Positions 50,847 to 60,471 are shown, numbered from the stretch's first letter. The stretch: DNA of 64,000 nt from Acidobacteriota bacterium (GCA_019244185.1 JAFATB010000022.1:1-64000), one strand, 5' to 3'. Program-made: numbers and translations. Notes: generated by a model from the letters alone, not told the origin.

Positions 50847-52940
50847 TTATCGCCGCTGTACGAACCATGCGGCGCCGACCAGCGACAGCGCGAGGAGCAC
50901 GAGGCCGAGCGGCGAGAGCGCCGGCACCTGCGAGACCGTCGCGGCCGCGGCGGTGCTGGCGTTGTTGGCCGGGTTCGGATCGACGTTCGACGCCGTGACC
51001 GTGGCCGTGTTCGTGATCTCCATCTGCGTCGACGGCAGCGTCACGACGAGCGAGATCGTCGCGGTCGCCGACGGCGCGAGCGTGCCGAGGGTGCACGTGA
51101 CGACGGACGTGCCGCTGCACGAGCCCTGCGACGGCGTCGCGCTGACGTACGTCGTGCCGGCCGGAAGGACGTCGGTGACCGTCGTGCCGACGGCGTAGCC
51201 GGGACCGTTGTTGGTCACGGTGATCGTGTACGTCGCGTCGGCGCCCACCGGATAGCGATTCGAGCTGGCCGTCTTCGTGATCGAGAGATCGGTGGGTCCG
51301 AGGGTGACGTCCGTCGATGCGGTGGCGGTGTTGTTCGCCGGATTCGGATCGGAGGTCGTCGACGAGACATTCGCGGTGTTCGAGACCGCGCCGGTGGTGG
51401 TCGGCGTGAGCGTGAACGAGAAGTCGAAGGTCGCCGTCGCGCCGGCGGCGAGCGAGGCGATCGTGCAGGTGATCGTGCCGCTCGCGCCGACCGCGGGCGT
51501 CGTGCACGAGAACGTGGGACCGCTGGTCTGCGTCTCCGAGACGAACGTCGTGCCGGCGGGGAGCGTGTCGGTGAGCGACACGTTCGCCGCGGCGGACGGC
51601 CCGTTGTTCGTGACGCCGACGTTGTACGTGATCGTGTCGCCGTTCTGCGCGCCCGTCGGGCCGTTCTTTGTCACGGCGACGTCGGCGATCGGCGTGACGG
51701 CCGTGGTCACGCTCGAGCTGTCGTTCGCCGGATTCGTGTCGAAGCTGTCGGTGAACGCGTTCGCCGTGTTCGTGTATCCGGTGGTGCCGCCGGTGTTGAG
51801 CGTGAGCGTGAACGTTGCGGACTGGCCGGAGCCGAGGAGGCTGAGCGTGCAGCCGGCGGTGCCGTTCGTGCCCACCGCGGGCGCGGCGCAGTTGGCGGGC
51901 GTTCCCGTGTTCTGCACCAGAGACACGAACGTGGTACCGGCGGGGAGCGTGTCGGTGAAGCCGGCGTTCGTCGCGGTGTCGGCGCCGCTGTTGCTGAGCA
52001 CGATCGTGTACGGGACGTCCTCGCCCGCGTTCGCCGTCGCCGGGCCGCTCTTCACGACCCCGACATCGACCGCGGAGACCGTGAGCGTCGTCGCCGCGGT
52101 GTCGTTCTCCGAGTTGCTGTCGTTGTCCGCGGAGACGGCGACGTTGTTCTCCGCGCTCGTGCCGCTCGGCGTGTCCGCGGGCACGTGCTCGGTGAGCGTG
52201 AACGTGGCCGATGAGCCGGCGGGGAACGAGGCGATGGTGCAGGTGATCGTGCCGCCGGTCGAGCCGGCAGCCGGCGTCGAGCACGACAGCGTCGGACCGC
52301 TGTCCTGCGTGAACGAGACGAACTCCAGCAGCCCGGACGTCTGATCGGTGAGCTGCACGGTCGTCGCCGGCGCGGGACCGTTGTTCGTGATGCCGATGGT
52401 GTAGACGACGTTCGTGTTCGGACCGGCCGAGGAGGGGCCGTTCTTCGTGACGGCCATGTCGCTCGTCGGCGAGGGCGGCGTCGATGTCGTCGCGACGCCG
52501 GAGTTGTTCTCGTCGTTCGGATCGAACGTCTCCGAAGAAGCGGTGGCGATGTTCACGAACGACGTGCTGTCGGGCGTGCCGGCGGGAATGGCGTAGACGA
52601 TCGTGAACTCGGCGAAGTCGCCGGCGGCGAGCAGCGCCGCGGTGCAGTTCACGCTGCCGGTCGTGTCGCCGACGGAAGGCGTCGAGCAACTGAACGGCGT
52701 GCCGTCGGTCTGCGTCGCGGAGACGAACGTCATGCCCGCGGGAAGCGGATCGTCGAGCGTGACGAAGGCCGCGTCGTCGGCGCCGAGGTTCGTGACCACG
52801 ACGTCGTAGGAAACGTTCGAGCCGGCGGTGGCCTGGTCGGGGCCGGTCTTCGTGACGAGGAGGTCGGCCTCCTGCGCGGCCAGCAGCGGCGCGAGGAGCA
52901 GGGCGGCGGCAAGGAGCAACAGACGCCGATAAGTGTTCAC
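50847..52940 (-). CDS. Surface protein with five DUF11 repeats and IPTL-CTERM-like anchor
   Basis: Signal peptide; ADLLVTK, SDMAVTK, VDVGVVK, ADVAVTK, TDLSITK repeats; C-terminus VPALSPLGLVLLALSLVGAAWFVQRR. Confidence 0.88.
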   Translation of the reverse strand: MNTYRRLLLLAAALLLAPLLAAQEADLLVTKTGPDQATAGSNVSYDVVVTNLGADDAAFVTLDDPLPAGMTFVSATQTDGTPFSCSTPSVGDTTGSVNCTAALLAAGDFAEFTIVYAIPAGTPDSTSFVNIATASSETFDPNDENNSGVATTSTPPSPTSDMAVTKNGPSSAGPNTNVVYTIGITNNGPAPATTVQLTDQTSGLLEFVSFTQDSGPTLSCSTPAAGSTGGTITCTIASFPAGSSATFTLTEHVPADTPSGTSAENNVAVSADNDSNSENDTAATTLTVSAVDVGVVKSGPATANAGEDVPYTIVLSNSGADTATNAGFTDTLPAGTTFVSLVQNTGTPANCAAPAVGTNGTAGCTLSLLGSGQSATFTLTLNTGGTTGYTNTANAFTDSFDTNPANDSSSVTTAVTPIADVAVTKNGPTGAQNGDTITYNVGVTNNGPSAAANVSLTDTLPAGTTFVSETQTSGPTFSCTTPAVGASGTITCTIASLAAGATATFDFSFTLTPTTTGAVSNTANVSSTTSDPNPANNTATASTDVTLGPTDLSITKTASSNRYPVGADATYTITVTNNGPGYAVGTTVTDVLPAGTTYVSATPSQGSCSGTSVVTCTLGTLAPSATATISLVVTLPSTQMEITNTATVTASNVDPNPANNASTAAAATVSQVPALSPLGLVLLALSLVGAAWFVQRR

Positions 52941-53070
52941 GAATCGTGTTCTAAACGTTGGCCGGGAAGAAAGCAATCGGAATCCTCTGACGCGGACGCA
53001 TCATTGCCGCAGTTCCTAATTTACATATTGCCATAACTACTTACTCGCTGCTATCCTGCCGCTCATCCCG

Positions 53071-53523
53071 ATGAAGACGATCGCGGCTTACGCAACGTTA
53101 CTCGCGCTGGCGCTCGTCGCCGAAGCCTCGCTGCTGCGCGCCGGACGCGGTCTGCGCGCGCCGGTGTCGCTCGGCGGTACGTGGGAAGTGCGGACGGGCG
53201 GCAGCGGCGGTGTTTTGCCGAACACGCAGACGCTCTCGATCGAGCAGACCGGCCCCGATCTCGACCTGCACCTCGGCAACGTCGCGCTGCGCGGCTCGCT
53301 CCACGGCACGGCCATCCGCGCGTGGGGCGCGACGTCGTTCTCCGGACGCCTCGACGGCGACGCCATCCGCGGACGTTTCGAGCCGGAGGGCGCGACGTTC
53401 GTCGCGGCGCGCGTGCGCGAGCCGCGCGGCGAAACGCGCGCCGCGCCGGCACGCCACGCCGCGCGCGCCGGCGCTCCTGCGCCGTCCAAACGCAACATCA
53501 CCCTGCCGGAGGGCACGCTGTGA
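53071..53523 (+). CDS. Hypothetical exported/membrane-anchored small beta protein
   Basis: N-terminal hydrophobic helix, SLGGTWEV..LSIEQTG; GTGA overlap with the antiporter gene. Confidence 0.6.
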   Translation: MKTIAAYATLLALALVAEASLLRAGRGLRAPVSLGGTWEVRTGGSGGVLPNTQTLSIEQTGPDLDLHLGNVALRGSLHGTAIRAWGATSFSGRLDGDAIRGRFEPEGATFVAARVREPRGETRAAPARHAARAGAPAPSKRNITLPEGTL

Positions 53524-54770
53524 ACGAGCTGGCGACGACGCTCCTGCAGATCATCATCGTCGTCCTCGCCGGACGCGCGTGCGGCGCGCTGCTGAAGCGT
53601 TTCCGGCAGCCGGTCGTCGTCGGCGAAGTGGTGGCCGGCATCATCCTCGGACCGTCGCTTTTCGGGCGGCTCGCGCCGGACGCGTTCGCCGCGGTGTTCC
53701 CGGCGCACAGCGTCTCCATCCTGCTCTCGCTCAGCCAGGTCGGCCTGATCTTCTTCATGTTCCTGGTCGGCCTCGAGTTCGCGCCGGGTCTCATGCGCGA
53801 GCGGCGCGAGAGCATCATCGTCATCAGCCACATCAGCATCATCGTGCCGTTCCTGCTCGGCACCGGTCTCGCGCTCTATCTCTATCCGCGCGTCTCGGAT
53901 GCGAGCGTGCCGTTCCGCAGCTTCGCGCTGTTCCTCGGCACGTCGATGAGCATCACCGCGTTCCCGGTGCTCGCGCGCATCCTCGAGGAGCGGCACCTGC
54001 TCCGGTCGCGCATGGGCAACAGCGTCATCGCCTGCGCGGCGGTCGACGACGTGACGGCGTGGTGCATCCTCGCCTTCGTCGTGGTGGTCGCGCGCGCGAG
54101 CGATCCCGCGCAACTCGGCGTGCGCCTCGGACTCGTCGCCGTCTACGCGATCGCGATGATCGCCGGCGTGCGTCCGCTGCTTCGCAAGCTGCTGCCGCGC
54201 GTGAAGCAGTTGTCGGACGAAGCGGTGCTCGCCGCGGTGCTGCTGGTCGTGCTCGCGTCGTCGACGCTGACGGAGCTCCTCGGCATCCACGCGCTGTTCG
54301 GCGCGTTCCTCGTCGGCGCGATCCTGCCGCGCGACGCGCAGCTCACGCAGACGCTCGTCGCGCAGACGCGGGGGCTGACGCGCGTCATCTTCCTGCCGCT
54401 CTTCTTCGCGGTGACGGGTCTGCGCACGAACGTCGGATTGCTCAGCGGTCCGGGCCTGTGGCTCTGCTGCGCGCTCGTCCTCGTCGTCGCGGTGGGCGGG
54501 AAGCTCGGCGGCGCGATGTTCAGCGCGAAGGCGTCGGGGTTCTCCTGGCGCGAGTCGGCGGCGGTGGGCGTGCTGATGAACACGCGCGGCCTCATGGAGA
54601 TGGTCGTGCTGAACGTCGGCCTCGACATCGGCGTCATCTCGCGCGGTCTCTTCACGATGATCGTGATCATGGCTCTCGTCACCACCGCGGCCACGACGCC
54701 GCTGCTCGACCGGCTCGTGCACGGACTGCGCGAGCTGCCGGCCGGCGGCGAGGTGGACGTCGCGGCGTAG
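53520..54770 (+). CDS. Cation:proton antiporter (CPA2/Kef-type)
   Basis: QPVVVGEVVAGIILGPS, FMFLVGLE, SITAFPVLARIL, AAVDD, LMNTRGL. Confidence 0.93.
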   Translation: MNELATTLLQIIIVVLAGRACGALLKRFRQPVVVGEVVAGIILGPSLFGRLAPDAFAAVFPAHSVSILLSLSQVGLIFFMFLVGLEFAPGLMRERRESIIVISHISIIVPFLLGTGLALYLYPRVSDASVPFRSFALFLGTSMSITAFPVLARILEERHLLRSRMGNSVIACAAVDDVTAWCILAFVVVVARASDPAQLGVRLGLVAVYAIAMIAGVRPLLRKLLPRVKQLSDEAVLAAVLLVVLASSTLTELLGIHALFGAFLVGAILPRDAQLTQTLVAQTRGLTRVIFLPLFFAVTGLRTNVGLLSGPGLWLCCALVLVVAVGGKLGGAMFSAKASGFSWRESAAVGVLMNTRGLMEMVVLNVGLDIGVISRGLFTMIVIMALVTTAATTPLLDRLVHGLRELPAGGEVDVAA

Positions 54771-54801
54771 TTCGTCGTTCGAATTTTTTCGAGAGAGAGA
54801 G

Positions 54802-55257
54802 GTGCACATGAACCTGGCTCTGGCATTCAAGCTCGCGTTCGGACTGTCGGTCATTGGCTGGATCGCGCTCTTCCTGCGGCCGCGCAGCCGGATGGTGAAC
54901 TACGTGTTCTCCGGGATGATGCTGCCCGTGGCGTTCGCGGTGCTGTACACGTTCCTCTGTATTTATTACTGGCACAGCGCGAGCGGCTCGTTCCTGGAGC
55001 GCTTCGGCAGTCTCGACGGCACCCTGCGCATGTTCAATCAGTCCAAGGGGCTGCTGTTCGCGGGGTACGTGCACTACCTCGCGTTCGATCTCTTCATCGG
55101 CTCGTGGATCGCGCGGCGAGCCACGGCAGACAAGATGTCGTACGCGGTTCTCTTCCCATGTCTCTTCCTGACGCTGGTGTTCGGTCCGGCGGGGCTGCTG
55201 CTCTATCGCGTGATCGTGCGTGCGCGCGGCGGCCCGATGCTGGACGACCTCTTCTGA
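54802..55257 (+). CDS. ABA4-like (DUF4281) membrane protein
   Basis: GWIALFLRP..FGSLDG..LLFAGYVHYLAFDLFIGSWI..PCLFLTLVFGPAGLLLY. Confidence 0.88.
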   Translation: MHMNLALAFKLAFGLSVIGWIALFLRPRSRMVNYVFSGMMLPVAFAVLYTFLCIYYWHSASGSFLERFGSLDGTLRMFNQSKGLLFAGYVHYLAFDLFIGSWIARRATADKMSYAVLFPCLFLTLVFGPAGLLLYRVIVRARGGPMLDDLF

Positions 55258-55292
55258 CCGCCGCGCCAACGCAACTTCCTGGAGATCTCCTC

Positions 55293-56675
55293 ATGTCGGT
55301 GTCCGAACGGTTCGATGTGATTGTGGTCGGCGCGCGTTGCGCCGGCTCGCCGCTGGCGACGTTCCTCCAGCGCGCGGGATTGTCGGTCTGCGTCGTCGAC
55401 CAGGCCGAGTTTCCGAGCGACACGCTCTCGACGCACATGTTTCAGCTGAGCGGGATCGAGATCCTGCAGAAGCTCGGCGCGCTCGACGGCATCCTCGCCG
55501 AAGGCGCGCCGCCGATCACGGACTGCTACATGAAGTTCGAGGATGTCGACCTCTCCGGACCGCCGCGCCTGCGGCCGCACGATCCGAAAGTGCCGATGCT
55601 CTGCGTGCGCCGCATTGCGCTCGACGTGCACCTCGTCGCCGCGGCGCGCGCCGCGGGCGTGGAGATGCGCCTCCATCGACGTGTCGTCGGTCTCATTGAA
55701 GACGACGGCCGCGTCGTCGGCGTGCGCACGGTCGATCGCGAAGGCAAAGTCGCGACGCTGCGCGCGGACCTCGTCGTCGGCGCCGACGGACGTCTGTCGA
55801 CGATCGCGCGGCTCACCGGCGCGCGCCGCTATCACGTCACGACCAGCGAGCGGATGAGCAGCTGGGCGTATTACCGCGGCGTGCCGAAGCAGCCGGTGGC
55901 GAAGGTCTACTACCACCGCAAGGGCGACGACTTCGTGGTCGCGGCGCCGGCGGACAACGGCCATTTCGTGGCCATCGTCTGCCCGTCGCTCGACGAGCGC
56001 GAGGCGTACCGCGTCGACGGCGAGGGCGCGTACTGGCGGACCATCGAAGGTTGCGCGCCGGTCGCGGAGCTCGTGCGCGGCGCCGAGCGCGTGACGAAGT
56101 TCCGCGGCCTCACGCGCTTCGAGGGCTTCTTCCGCGAAGCGACCGGGCGGGGCTGGGTGCTCGCCGGCGACGCGGGACACTTCAAGGATCCGACGCCGGG
56201 GCAGGGCATCTCCGATGCGCTGCGCCAGGTCGAGAAGCTGTCCGAGGCGATCGTGCGCGGCTTCTCGCGTCCCGACCGTCGCGACGAAGAGCTGCGCCGC
56301 TGGTGGCGCTGGCGCGACGCCGACGCGATGCAGCACTACTGGTTCGCGGCCGACATCGGCAAGCGCGGCCCGATCTCGCCCGTGCTGCTGGAGATCCTCC
56401 GCGGCGTCGCCGCGAACGAAGAGCTGCGTCAGGACTTCCTCGACATCTTCCTCCACCGCGCGTATCCGCGAGAGGTCTTCGGCTTCGGCGCGCTCGCCAT
56501 GGCCACCGCGCGCATGCTGGCCGATCCGCACAAGCGCCGCGGCGCCCTCGGCGAGGCGGCCAAGCTCGTGGCCGAGGAGCTCGGGCGGCGCAAGCAGGCC
56601 CTGCGTCCGCGGCTCACCGAGAAGGCCATCGTCGACGAGATGCAGTTCGATCAGCAGACCACCAGCGCGGCGTGA
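55293..56675 (+). CDS. FAD-dependent oxidoreductase (geranylgeranyl reductase/aromatic monooxygenase superfamily)
   Basis: DVIVVGARCAG, FPSDTLSTH, VVGADG, LAGDAGHFKDPTPGQGISDA. Confidence 0.9.
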   Translation: MSVSERFDVIVVGARCAGSPLATFLQRAGLSVCVVDQAEFPSDTLSTHMFQLSGIEILQKLGALDGILAEGAPPITDCYMKFEDVDLSGPPRLRPHDPKVPMLCVRRIALDVHLVAAARAAGVEMRLHRRVVGLIEDDGRVVGVRTVDREGKVATLRADLVVGADGRLSTIARLTGARRYHVTTSERMSSWAYYRGVPKQPVAKVYYHRKGDDFVVAAPADNGHFVAIVCPSLDEREAYRVDGEGAYWRTIEGCAPVAELVRGAERVTKFRGLTRFEGFFREATGRGWVLAGDAGHFKDPTPGQGISDALRQVEKLSEAIVRGFSRPDRRDEELRRWWRWRDADAMQHYWFAADIGKRGPISPVLLEILRGVAANEELRQDFLDIFLHRAYPREVFGFGALAMATARMLADPHKRRGALGEAAKLVAEELGRRKQALRPRLTEKAIVDEMQFDQQTTSAA

Positions 56676-56685
56676 TGCGTCCGTA

Positions 56686-56717
56686 GCGCGGCGTGACGCG
56701 AGCGCGTCGCGCCGCGC
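56686..56717. terminator. Hairpin between convergent genes
   Basis: GCGCGGCGTGACGCG-ag-CGCGTCGCGCCGCGC (one G-U pair). Confidence 0.5.
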
Positions 56718-56735
56718 CCGCGCGTGTCGCGCGTC

Positions 56736-58793
56736 TCAGTTGCGCCGGTCGTTCACGTAGCGGTCGCGGTCGTTCATCCGATAGTAGAAGCGGCGCATGA
56801 GGACCGCGCCGATGGCCAGCACCACCAGTTGGAACAGGCCGTTGCCGAGGACGGAGAAAAAGTCCTGCAAGAACGTGCGCGGCGAGTCGCCGAAGCCGCC
56901 GTAGTACGACATGAACTGCGCGACCACCATGACCAGCGCAGCGGTCGTGGCGATGGTGACGGCGCTGGCGACCCACTGGATGATCAGCTTCGCCGTCTCC
57001 GCGGCCTTGCTGACCAGCGGCACGATGTTGATCGAGCTGAGCGACTCGACGGTCTTCTGCACGCGGTAGAGAAGCTTGACGCCGGAGTCGAAGCCCTGCT
57101 CGAGGCGTGTGAAGATGCGCGGGCTGCAGAACTGGCGCAGGCGTTTGTGCAGCCGCCGCTTCGCGCGCCGCCCCGCGCCGCGCTCGTAGTAGCGGAACTC
57201 CTTGTAGGGATTTTGGTCGTGGTCGAGGCGCGCGGCGATCGTGTCGGCGAGCATCGACGCGCGGATCATGCGCAACGTGTTGAGGCGCATCGGAATCTGG
57301 AACTCGCGCGTGAGGCGCATGAAGCCGAGCCACAGCCGCGACGACACGCGCTCGTACCACGCCGAGTTCTTGCTCTTGATCGCGTAGAGATCGTTCCAGA
57401 ACATCTGCTCGAGCCGCGCGCCGAATTCGTCCTTGTCGATCGGCGGCAGCGGCTCGATGATCGCCATGGCCGCCTGCACCATCCCGCCGATGTCGTTCAC
57501 GCTCTGCGCGTCGAACCACGCCCGCCACGAGTTGAGCTCGCGCCGGTTGAACGAGCCGCACGAGCCGAAGTCGATCAGCACGATGCGGTTCCCCGGCTGC
57601 ACGAGGATGTTCGCCGGATGCAGGTCGGCGTGGAAAAAGATGTTCTCGAAGTTGTTGTAGCGCGAGATCAGCTGCACCCGCCGCGCGAGCAGCACCGGAT
57701 CGAGGCGCATCTGATGGAGGCGTTCCTGCGCGGCGAGGTCCTTCGTCTCGAGCGCGGTGATGATCTCGTTCATCCAGACGCCGCAGACGAACTCCGAGAC
57801 CAGCACCTCGTGGTTCGATTCGTCGGGGAAGATCTTCGGCGCGGTGACGAAGTGGAACTGCCGCTCCTTGCGCATGCGCCGGCGGTAGAGCTCCGAGAAG
57901 CGCGCCTCGCGCACGAAGTCGAGCTCCTCGAAGAGCATCGTGCTCAGCTCGTGGAGGAAGTTCTTCGTGAAGCCGGGGCGGAAGAGGAACACCTCCGCGA
58001 CGGCGAGCAGCCAGCCGAAGGCGCGCATGTCGGCGGCGAGGATGTTGCCGATGTTGGGACGCCGCACCTTCACCGCGACTTCCTCGCCGGTGTGCAGCAC
58101 CGCGTGGTAGACGCAGGCCACCGACGCGGAGCCGATCGGCGCGCGGTCGAACTGCCGGAAGAGCTCCGCGATCGGCTTGCCGGTCGTGCGCTCGATCGTC
58201 GCCACGGCGCTCTCGAACGGCATCGGCGGCACTTTGTCGAGCATGCTCTCGAGCTCGCGCGTGTAGGCGTAGGGGAAGAGGTCGAGCCGCATCGAGAGCT
58301 GCTGGCCGACCTTGATGAACGTGGTCCCGAGCGACTCGAACGTCTCGCGCAGCCGGCGCGCGCGCTGATGCTGGCTGTCGCGGCCGCGCAGGCGGTCGCT
58401 GACGATGCCGAGGCCGAACTGCATTGCGCCGCGTAGCCAGACCAGGAGGCGCAGCGTCGTCTGCAGCAAGCCCGCGTTGAACTGTTCCTCGCGGCGCACC
58501 GGCGGCAGCGCGGATTGCCGTCCGGTCTGGACGCCCAGTCCGGGCGGGCGTCGGAACTCGTGCTCGAAGATCGGCGAGCGTTCCACCGGCGTCTCGAGCA
58601 GCTCCCGGAACGCGAGCCAATCCTCGGTGGCCTCGGCCGCCGCGCGGCGCACTTTGCGCTGGCGGCGCGGCTCGTTGTTCGACGGCACGGCCGTGGGCGC
58701 GGTCAGCGCCGCCAGCACCAGCTCGGTCCGTTCGCCGGCGGAGGGTGATTCGGAGATGGGGAGGGACACGCCGAGATATTTTGCCCGATACAT
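56736..58793 (-). CDS. ABC1/UbiB/AarF-family atypical kinase (start uncertain)
   Basis: LGTTFIKVGQQLS.R.D, PIGSASVACVY, VAVKVRRP, EELDF..EA, FFHADLHPAN, LIDFG; two C-terminal TMs. Confidence 0.9.
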   Translation of the reverse strand: MYRAKYLGVSLPISESPSAGERTELVLAALTAPTAVPSNNEPRRQRKVRRAAAEATEDWLAFRELLETPVERSPIFEHEFRRPPGLGVQTGRQSALPPVRREEQFNAGLLQTTLRLLVWLRGAMQFGLGIVSDRLRGRDSQHQRARRLRETFESLGTTFIKVGQQLSMRLDLFPYAYTRELESMLDKVPPMPFESAVATIERTTGKPIAELFRQFDRAPIGSASVACVYHAVLHTGEEVAVKVRRPNIGNILAADMRAFGWLLAVAEVFLFRPGFTKNFLHELSTMLFEELDFVREARFSELYRRRMRKERQFHFVTAPKIFPDESNHEVLVSEFVCGVWMNEIITALETKDLAAQERLHQMRLDPVLLARRVQLISRYNNFENIFFHADLHPANILVQPGNRIVLIDFGSCGSFNRRELNSWRAWFDAQSVNDIGGMVQAAMAIIEPLPPIDKDEFGARLEQMFWNDLYAIKSKNSAWYERVSSRLWLGFMRLTREFQIPMRLNTLRMIRASMLADTIAARLDHDQNPYKEFRYYERGAGRRAKRRLHKRLRQFCSPRIFTRLEQGFDSGVKLLYRVQKTVESLSSINIVPLVSKAAETAKLIIQWVASAVTIATTAALVMVVAQFMSYYGGFGDSPRTFLQDFFSVLGNGLFQLVVLAIGAVLMRRFYYRMNDRDRYVNDRRN

Positions 58794-58816
58794 TTAAAAA
58801 AGTCACGCCATACTGC

Positions 58817-58844
58817 TTGACATAAAGCAGGATGCTGATATAGC
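58817..58844 (+). promoter_or_regulatory. Putative sigma70 promoter (extended -10)
   Basis: TTGACA-16 bp-(TGa)TATAGC in a short AT-rich divergent intergenic region; GGAAGGAG RBS downstream. Confidence 0.6.
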
Positions 58845-58883
58845 TTTACGTCAATCATTAAGGCACAGAGGAAGGAGTCAGCG

Positions 58884-59150
58884 ATGGCAGCGAACTCGAA
58901 CGCGCCGATCATTCTCGATGTCGGCAAGGCAAGCCGGAGACAGATCCGCGAATTGGCCCAGGGCTGTGGAAAGCTCGCGGGGGACGTCCAGGATGCAGTG
59001 GCCGAAGTGACGGCCACACTCGGCGACGACAACGGAGGCGACGAGCAGCGCCAGCTCGTGCCGGTCGTGCTGGTCTACCGGAAGAAGCAGCGCAAGAAGC
59101 GGCGTGCCCGTGGCGGTGGCCGCGGCGGCAGCCTCTTCCCCTGGTTCTGA
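58884..59150 (+). CDS. Small basic hypothetical protein (resembles DUF6200 from memory)
   Basis: PIILDVGKASRRQIRELAQGCGKL..VPVVLVYRKKQRKKRR..LFPWF; strong RBS. Confidence 0.75.
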   Translation: MAANSNAPIILDVGKASRRQIRELAQGCGKLAGDVQDAVAEVTATLGDDNGGDEQRQLVPVVLVYRKKQRKKRRARGGGRGGSLFPWF

Positions 59151-59183
59151 GACAACCGCGAAGACGAAGGAGGGAAGCTCGCG

Positions 59184-59801
59184 ATGGCAACCGATTCGAA
59201 ACGTCCCGGCGCGGCCGGGAGCCCCGATCCGATCGCCGGCGCGTCCGTCGGCGGCGCGTCCGTCGGCGGCACGCATGCGCCGGAAGCGCAGACGACGACC
59301 TACGGCGCGCAGCTGACGACCACGCACGCGTCGACGCACAATCCGACGCCGCCGCCCCCGCCGCGTCCCCGTCCGGACGGCGGCGGCAACGGCGGCAACC
59401 GCGACGACGGGCCGGAGCCGATCATCACCGCGCCGGTCTACTTCAAGCGCCGCTCGCGCAACAAACGGCGCCGCAACAAGAAGAAGTACACGAAGGGCAC
59501 CAAGCCGTTCCAGCGCGTGTCGCGCGGCGCGGTCTGGTCCGGCTACCGCGTGGGCAACGGCTTCGCGCGCGGCTTGCGCACCTTCGCGCGCCGTTCCGAC
59601 CGCTCGGCCAACCGGCGCAAGGACGGCTTCGTGCGCTACGCGCTGCGCGACGCGTCGGCCGGCTTCAACTCCGCCGCGCGGCAGTGGGGACGCGCTCCCG
59701 GCGAGATCGCGAACCGCATCGGTACGCGCCTCGTCCGCAACACCGCGTTCGCCGTGAACAACTTCGTCCCCTTCAACCCGTTCAATTTCGGCCGCCGGTG
59801 A
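59184..59801 (+). CDS. Arg/Lys-rich hypothetical protein (resembles DUF6312 from memory)
   Basis: Disordered Pro/Gly N-terminus; KRRSRNKRRRNKKKYTKGTKPFQR..RRSDRSANRRKDGF; AGGAGG RBS. Confidence 0.7.
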   Translation: MATDSKRPGAAGSPDPIAGASVGGASVGGTHAPEAQTTTYGAQLTTTHASTHNPTPPPPPRPRPDGGGNGGNRDDGPEPIITAPVYFKRRSRNKRRRNKKKYTKGTKPFQRVSRGAVWSGYRVGNGFARGLRTFARRSDRSANRRKDGFVRYALRDASAGFNSAARQWGRAPGEIANRIGTRLVRNTAFAVNNFVPFNPFNFGRR

Positions 59802-59912
59802 CGGTAGCCGGACGGACCGGCCACGGTCCGACCTCGGTGGTGGTTGGTGGTGGCGGACTCCGTGGGTTGCAGGCCCCACGGATCCGCCACCCCATTTTCA
59901 GAAAGTCAACTT

Positions 59913-60461
59913 ATGGACCGAATCAGCAAAGCCGTCTATCGACTCTGGGGCTCCCTCGGCACGAACGACAAGTTGCACGACACGCCGCGCTTCGCCGACG
60001 AGCTCTCCGCTCAATGCAGCACCGGCAAGCTCGCGCTGCGCGACGAGCGCGTCAGCAAGTGGTCGTACGGCGAGCAGCTCGAACACCTCTACCGCAGCAG
60101 TCACTACGTCCTCGACCGGCTCGAGGAAGCGATGAGCGGCGCGAACGCGGACGAGCGCCGCGGCGTGTGGGGCCACGGCCTCATGACCGCCGGCTTCATC
60201 CCGCGCGGCTTCTTTCCGACCATCCCGCCGCTCGAGCCGGAAGGCGGCACGATCGATCAGATCGGACCGCTGCGCGAGTCTCTGAAGAAGCGGCTCGCCG
60301 AAGTCGACCTCGATCTGCGCCGCATCAAGGCCAGTCCCGGCCGCAGCCTCCATCCCCGGATGAAGTGGCTCACCTCGAGCGAATGGTTCTTCTTCGCCGA
60401 CGTCCACCACCGCCATCACCTCTCCATCATGCGCGACATCGCGCGCACCGCCCGCCGCTAG
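59913..60461 (+). CDS. DinB/YfiT-like metal-binding protein
   Basis: SKWSYGEQLEHL..HPRMKWLT..EW..HHRHH. Confidence 0.75.
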   Translation: MDRISKAVYRLWGSLGTNDKLHDTPRFADELSAQCSTGKLALRDERVSKWSYGEQLEHLYRSSHYVLDRLEEAMSGANADERRGVWGHGLMTAGFIPRGFFPTIPPLEPEGGTIDQIGPLRESLKKRLAEVDLDLRRIKASPGRSLHPRMKWLTSSEWFFFADVHHRHHLSIMRDIARTARR

Positions 60462-60471
60462 AGCGACTCCC

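Noticed and set aside
56736-58793. ubiB of ubiquinone biosynthesis
   Set aside because: Family membership is clear, but no ubiE/ubiJ neighbours are present, so the symbol was not assigned.
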